Positions 61,956-64,000 of a stretch of 64,000 bases of DNA are shown here, piece after piece. Every line of letters starts with the position of its first letter. Positions within the stretch are counted from its first letter, which is position 1. The notes under the pieces are model-generated. The model worked only from the letters and a program-made list of their open reading frames with translations. It was not told the DNA's origin and ran no database searches. The position numbers and the translations under genes were made by a program. The stretch comes from Synergistaceae bacterium (GTDB lineage: Bacteria > Synergistota > Synergistia > Synergistales > Synergistaceae), in the NCBI GenBank assembly GCA_031269245.1, contig JAISZL010000062.1, positions 5,016 to 69,015 of the forward strand, written 5' to 3'.

Positions 61956-62519
61956 TCATAAGTTCAAGCTCAAATAGGCGTAATCCATTGCCTCTCTATC
62001 GATGCCGATATAACTAAGCGTGACCCTGCTCGTCGAATGGTTCATCAGTTTCTGGACCAGCGCGAGGTCTCCCCCGGACTTTTTGTACACTTGATACCCG
62101 AATGTTTTTCTCAGCGAATGGGTGCCGATGTTTTCAAGCCCTATGGATTCCGCCGCTTTTTTCAAAAGCCGCCATGCCTGCGAGCGGCTCAAGGCTCCTC
62201 CTTTCTGCGATGCGAAGAGCGGTTCCGAGCGGTCGGCGCAGCGGCGTTGGGACAGGTAATCAAAAAGCGCGTTCTTGACGGCGGAGTTTAGAGGGAACCG
62301 TTTTGCCTTGCCCGTTTTTTGCTCCTTCATGTTCAACGACATGGAGATGTTCCCTTTTTCGTCAAGGACGTCCCCCACGGAGAGAGACAGCAAATCTCCT
62401 ATCCGCAGCGCAGTGTTGATACCCATCACGAACAGCAGCTCGTCCCTTCCCCCTCTGCCCTTTAACGCGGCCTTCATCTCGGCTATTTTCCCCAGGTCGC
62501 GGATCGCTTCGACTTCCAT
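61956..62519 (-). CDS. Short (187 aa) tyrosine site-specific recombinase, catalytic domain only (FimB/FimE-sized)
   Basis: ALRIGDLLSL (Arg I), HSLRKTF (HxxR), HSTSRVTLSYIGI (catalytic Tyr). No N-terminal SAM-like DNA-binding domain. Confidence 0.8.
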   Translation of the reverse strand: MEVEAIRDLGKIAEMKAALKGRGGRDELLFVMGINTALRIGDLLSLSVGDVLDEKGNISMSLNMKEQKTGKAKRFPLNSAVKNALFDYLSQRRCADRSEPLFASQKGGALSRSQAWRLLKKAAESIGLENIGTHSLRKTFGYQVYKKSGGDLALVQKLMNHSTSRVTLSYIGIDREAMDYAYLSLNL

Positions 62520-62726
62520 CTCTCTCTGTTCCCCCTTTTTTGATTTAACTAATCAGGGGAAAATTATATAATAACTAGAAAATATAATTACGGAAAATGA
62601 TTTATCATGATATACCCATCATATGAATGTCGTTCCGGCCACTTAATCAGCGCTTCCTTTGGCTTCGGGATAGCCAGGTTACCGTTATTGCCATGAAGAA
62701 GGCTAACCAGACCACCCCTCTCGCTT

Positions 62727-63578
62727 TTAATCAGTTTGAGGGACGCCGTGCCGTTCTTCGTCAGCGGGAGCGAATACCTTCCACTCGTCATAAATTGCCC
62801 GAAGTTCAGCGTCCAAATAGGCGAGGGCTTTCCCTTTAATGTCCTCCGGCACTCCGTAGTACGCCTCGGCGATCGCGCCGGTTATTGCTCCGATGGTGTC
62901 GCTGTCGCCTCCGAGGGATATGGCAATGCGGATAGCGTCCTCAAACGAAGCGGATTCAAGGAAGCACTCAATCGCCTGCGGCACGGTTTCTTGGCAGGTT
63001 TCATTGAATCGGTAGGTGGGACGAATGCTGTCAATCGTGAAGTCAAGCGAGTAATATTCTCCAGCGATTCGTTCGCGGATTTCACGTTTCGGCGCTCCCC
63101 GGCAAGCCATATAGATGGCTGCCGCCGTTGCTTTCGCGCCTTTAATGCCCTCTTCGTGATTATGGGTTACGGCGGTCACGGTTTCGGCGAGCCGCTCCGC
63201 GTCACGCTCTGACCTGGCGGCGAACCCCGCGGGGCTTACCCGCATTGCCGCGCCGTTGCCGAAACTGTTATATGGTTTCGGGTCGTCGCTGAAGACCCAC
63301 CGATAGAACATACCGCCGAAGCCGCTGTTCGGATACTTTCGCCCTATTTTCCGCATGTACTTGACGGTCAGTTTGGATAGCTTGACGTGAAAGTTGTGGT
63401 CACGGACATTCGGGGTTTTTGTCTTTGATGCTTCCATTATCGCCTTGGCTACAGCGAGGGACATAATGCTATCGTCTGTAGCAAAGCAACCATCTCCAAA
63501 GAGCTCAAAGTCCTTGCTTCTGTGATTATTGAATTCAAAACGCGATCCTACGATGTCTCCGATGATTGCTCCGAGCAT
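62727..63578 (-). CDS. ADP-ribosylglycohydrolase family protein
   Basis: MLGAIIGDIVGSRFEF N-terminus and GGDSDTIGAITGAIAEAYYG metal-site motif. AAGGAGG SD 7 nt before the ATG. Confidence 0.85.
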   Translation of the reverse strand: MLGAIIGDIVGSRFEFNNHRSKDFELFGDGCFATDDSIMSLAVAKAIMEASKTKTPNVRDHNFHVKLSKLTVKYMRKIGRKYPNSGFGGMFYRWVFSDDPKPYNSFGNGAAMRVSPAGFAARSERDAERLAETVTAVTHNHEEGIKGAKATAAAIYMACRGAPKREIRERIAGEYYSLDFTIDSIRPTYRFNETCQETVPQAIECFLESASFEDAIRIAISLGGDSDTIGAITGAIAEAYYGVPEDIKGKALAYLDAELRAIYDEWKVFAPADEERHGVPQTD

Positions 63579-63708
63579 TATGCCGCCTCCTTAGTTTCGC
63601 CGCGGCGGCCTTCGCATTTTCCCGAGCCGCCGCTACGCTGTTCCTGACCGGTTCTTTCAGTTCGTTCTTTATGGCGCCTTTGCTCAGATGTATAATCTTC
63701 TCGGACAT
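63535..63708 (-). CDS. Small basic/helical ORF (57 aa) overlapping the ARH start by 44 nt
   Basis: MSEKIIHLSKGAIKNELKEPVRNSVAAARENAKAAAAKL... GAGAGG SD 9 nt upstream. No family recognised. Confidence 0.3.
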   Translation of the reverse strand: MSEKIIHLSKGAIKNELKEPVRNSVAAARENAKAAAAKLRRRHNARSNHRRHRRIAF

Positions 63709-63976
63709 GGGGAATGACCTCTCTTCTGTAAGATTTTGTCTTGAAAACTTCATCTTAACAGACGGTCCTTACCTTGTTCTCCTTTTTGCGCATAATATTT
63801 TACGTTATCTTGCAAGGTTATGCCAAGGAATACATTGAGAAATACGGTTTGACAAAATATACAATGAAATCGACATGAGCTGGTAATACAAACGGAAGGC
63901 AAGGTTGGCGAATCATGCGGTTTTATGGTCGCGCTTCACGTAAACTGCGAAACTCGAGTTAGGAGAGGAACAACGT

Positions 63977-64000
63977 ATGATACCCAAACAGGTTGCAGAC
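63977..64000 (+). CDS. 5' end of an unidentified gene (MIPKQVAD...) running out of the window
   Basis: ATG preceded by AGGAGAGG. Only 8 codons visible. Confidence 0.3.

Noticed and set aside
62550-62734. Three TAATCAG heptamers spaced 94 and 84 nt apart between the ARH and recombinase genes
   Set aside because: Only 7 nt are shared, the flanks do not align, and one copy overlaps the ARH stop codon (62727-62729) and the last ARH codons. This is too weak to call a binding-site array.

Overview
This is a densely coding, visibly high-GC bacterial chromosomal segment; GC content was not computed. The gene content points to a diderm, anaerobe-like organism. A Synergistota-like origin is only a guess and cannot be verified here. 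Most of the window is housekeeping. It carries murJ, an H2O-forming-type NADH oxidase, cobU-cobS behind a clear cobalamin riboswitch, uvrB-uvrA-rlmB, rpoB-rpoC (with a very long beta'), sixA, rqcH, gltX, polA, lysS-ligA-gatCAB and a MATE exporter. Mixed in is an unusually heavy load of nucleotide second-messenger and signalling genes: a DHH phosphoesterase, a CHASE2 class III cyclase, two HD-GYP proteins, a degenerate GGDEF protein and a Cache hybrid kinase whose H-box His is replaced by Gly. The most interesting locus is a tightly coupled minus-strand operon at 13465-6502. It encodes a FecR-domain secreted protein, a TPR + beta-barrel outer-membrane protein, an MBL-GAF-HD-GYP protein and the CHASE2 cyclase. 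A G17/C17 homopolymer sits in the 5' coding end of the OMP gene and currently puts a complete signal peptide out of frame. This makes it a candidate slipped-strand ON/OFF switch on a putative trans-envelope cyclic-nucleotide module. Other observations: (1) a MITE-like structured repeat family with ATACCAATT termini, present as five copies or fragments; (2) a second short palindromic repeat family with three copies; (3) an IS66 relic abutting a flagellin-N-like ORF; (4) a decayed 1.2 kb lower-GC stretch; (5) a lower-GC terminal segment with a short FimB/FimE-sized tyrosine recombinase and an ADP-ribosylglycohydrolase. I saw no rRNA, tRNA or CRISPR array. All family calls come from motif reading by eye, not from database searches.
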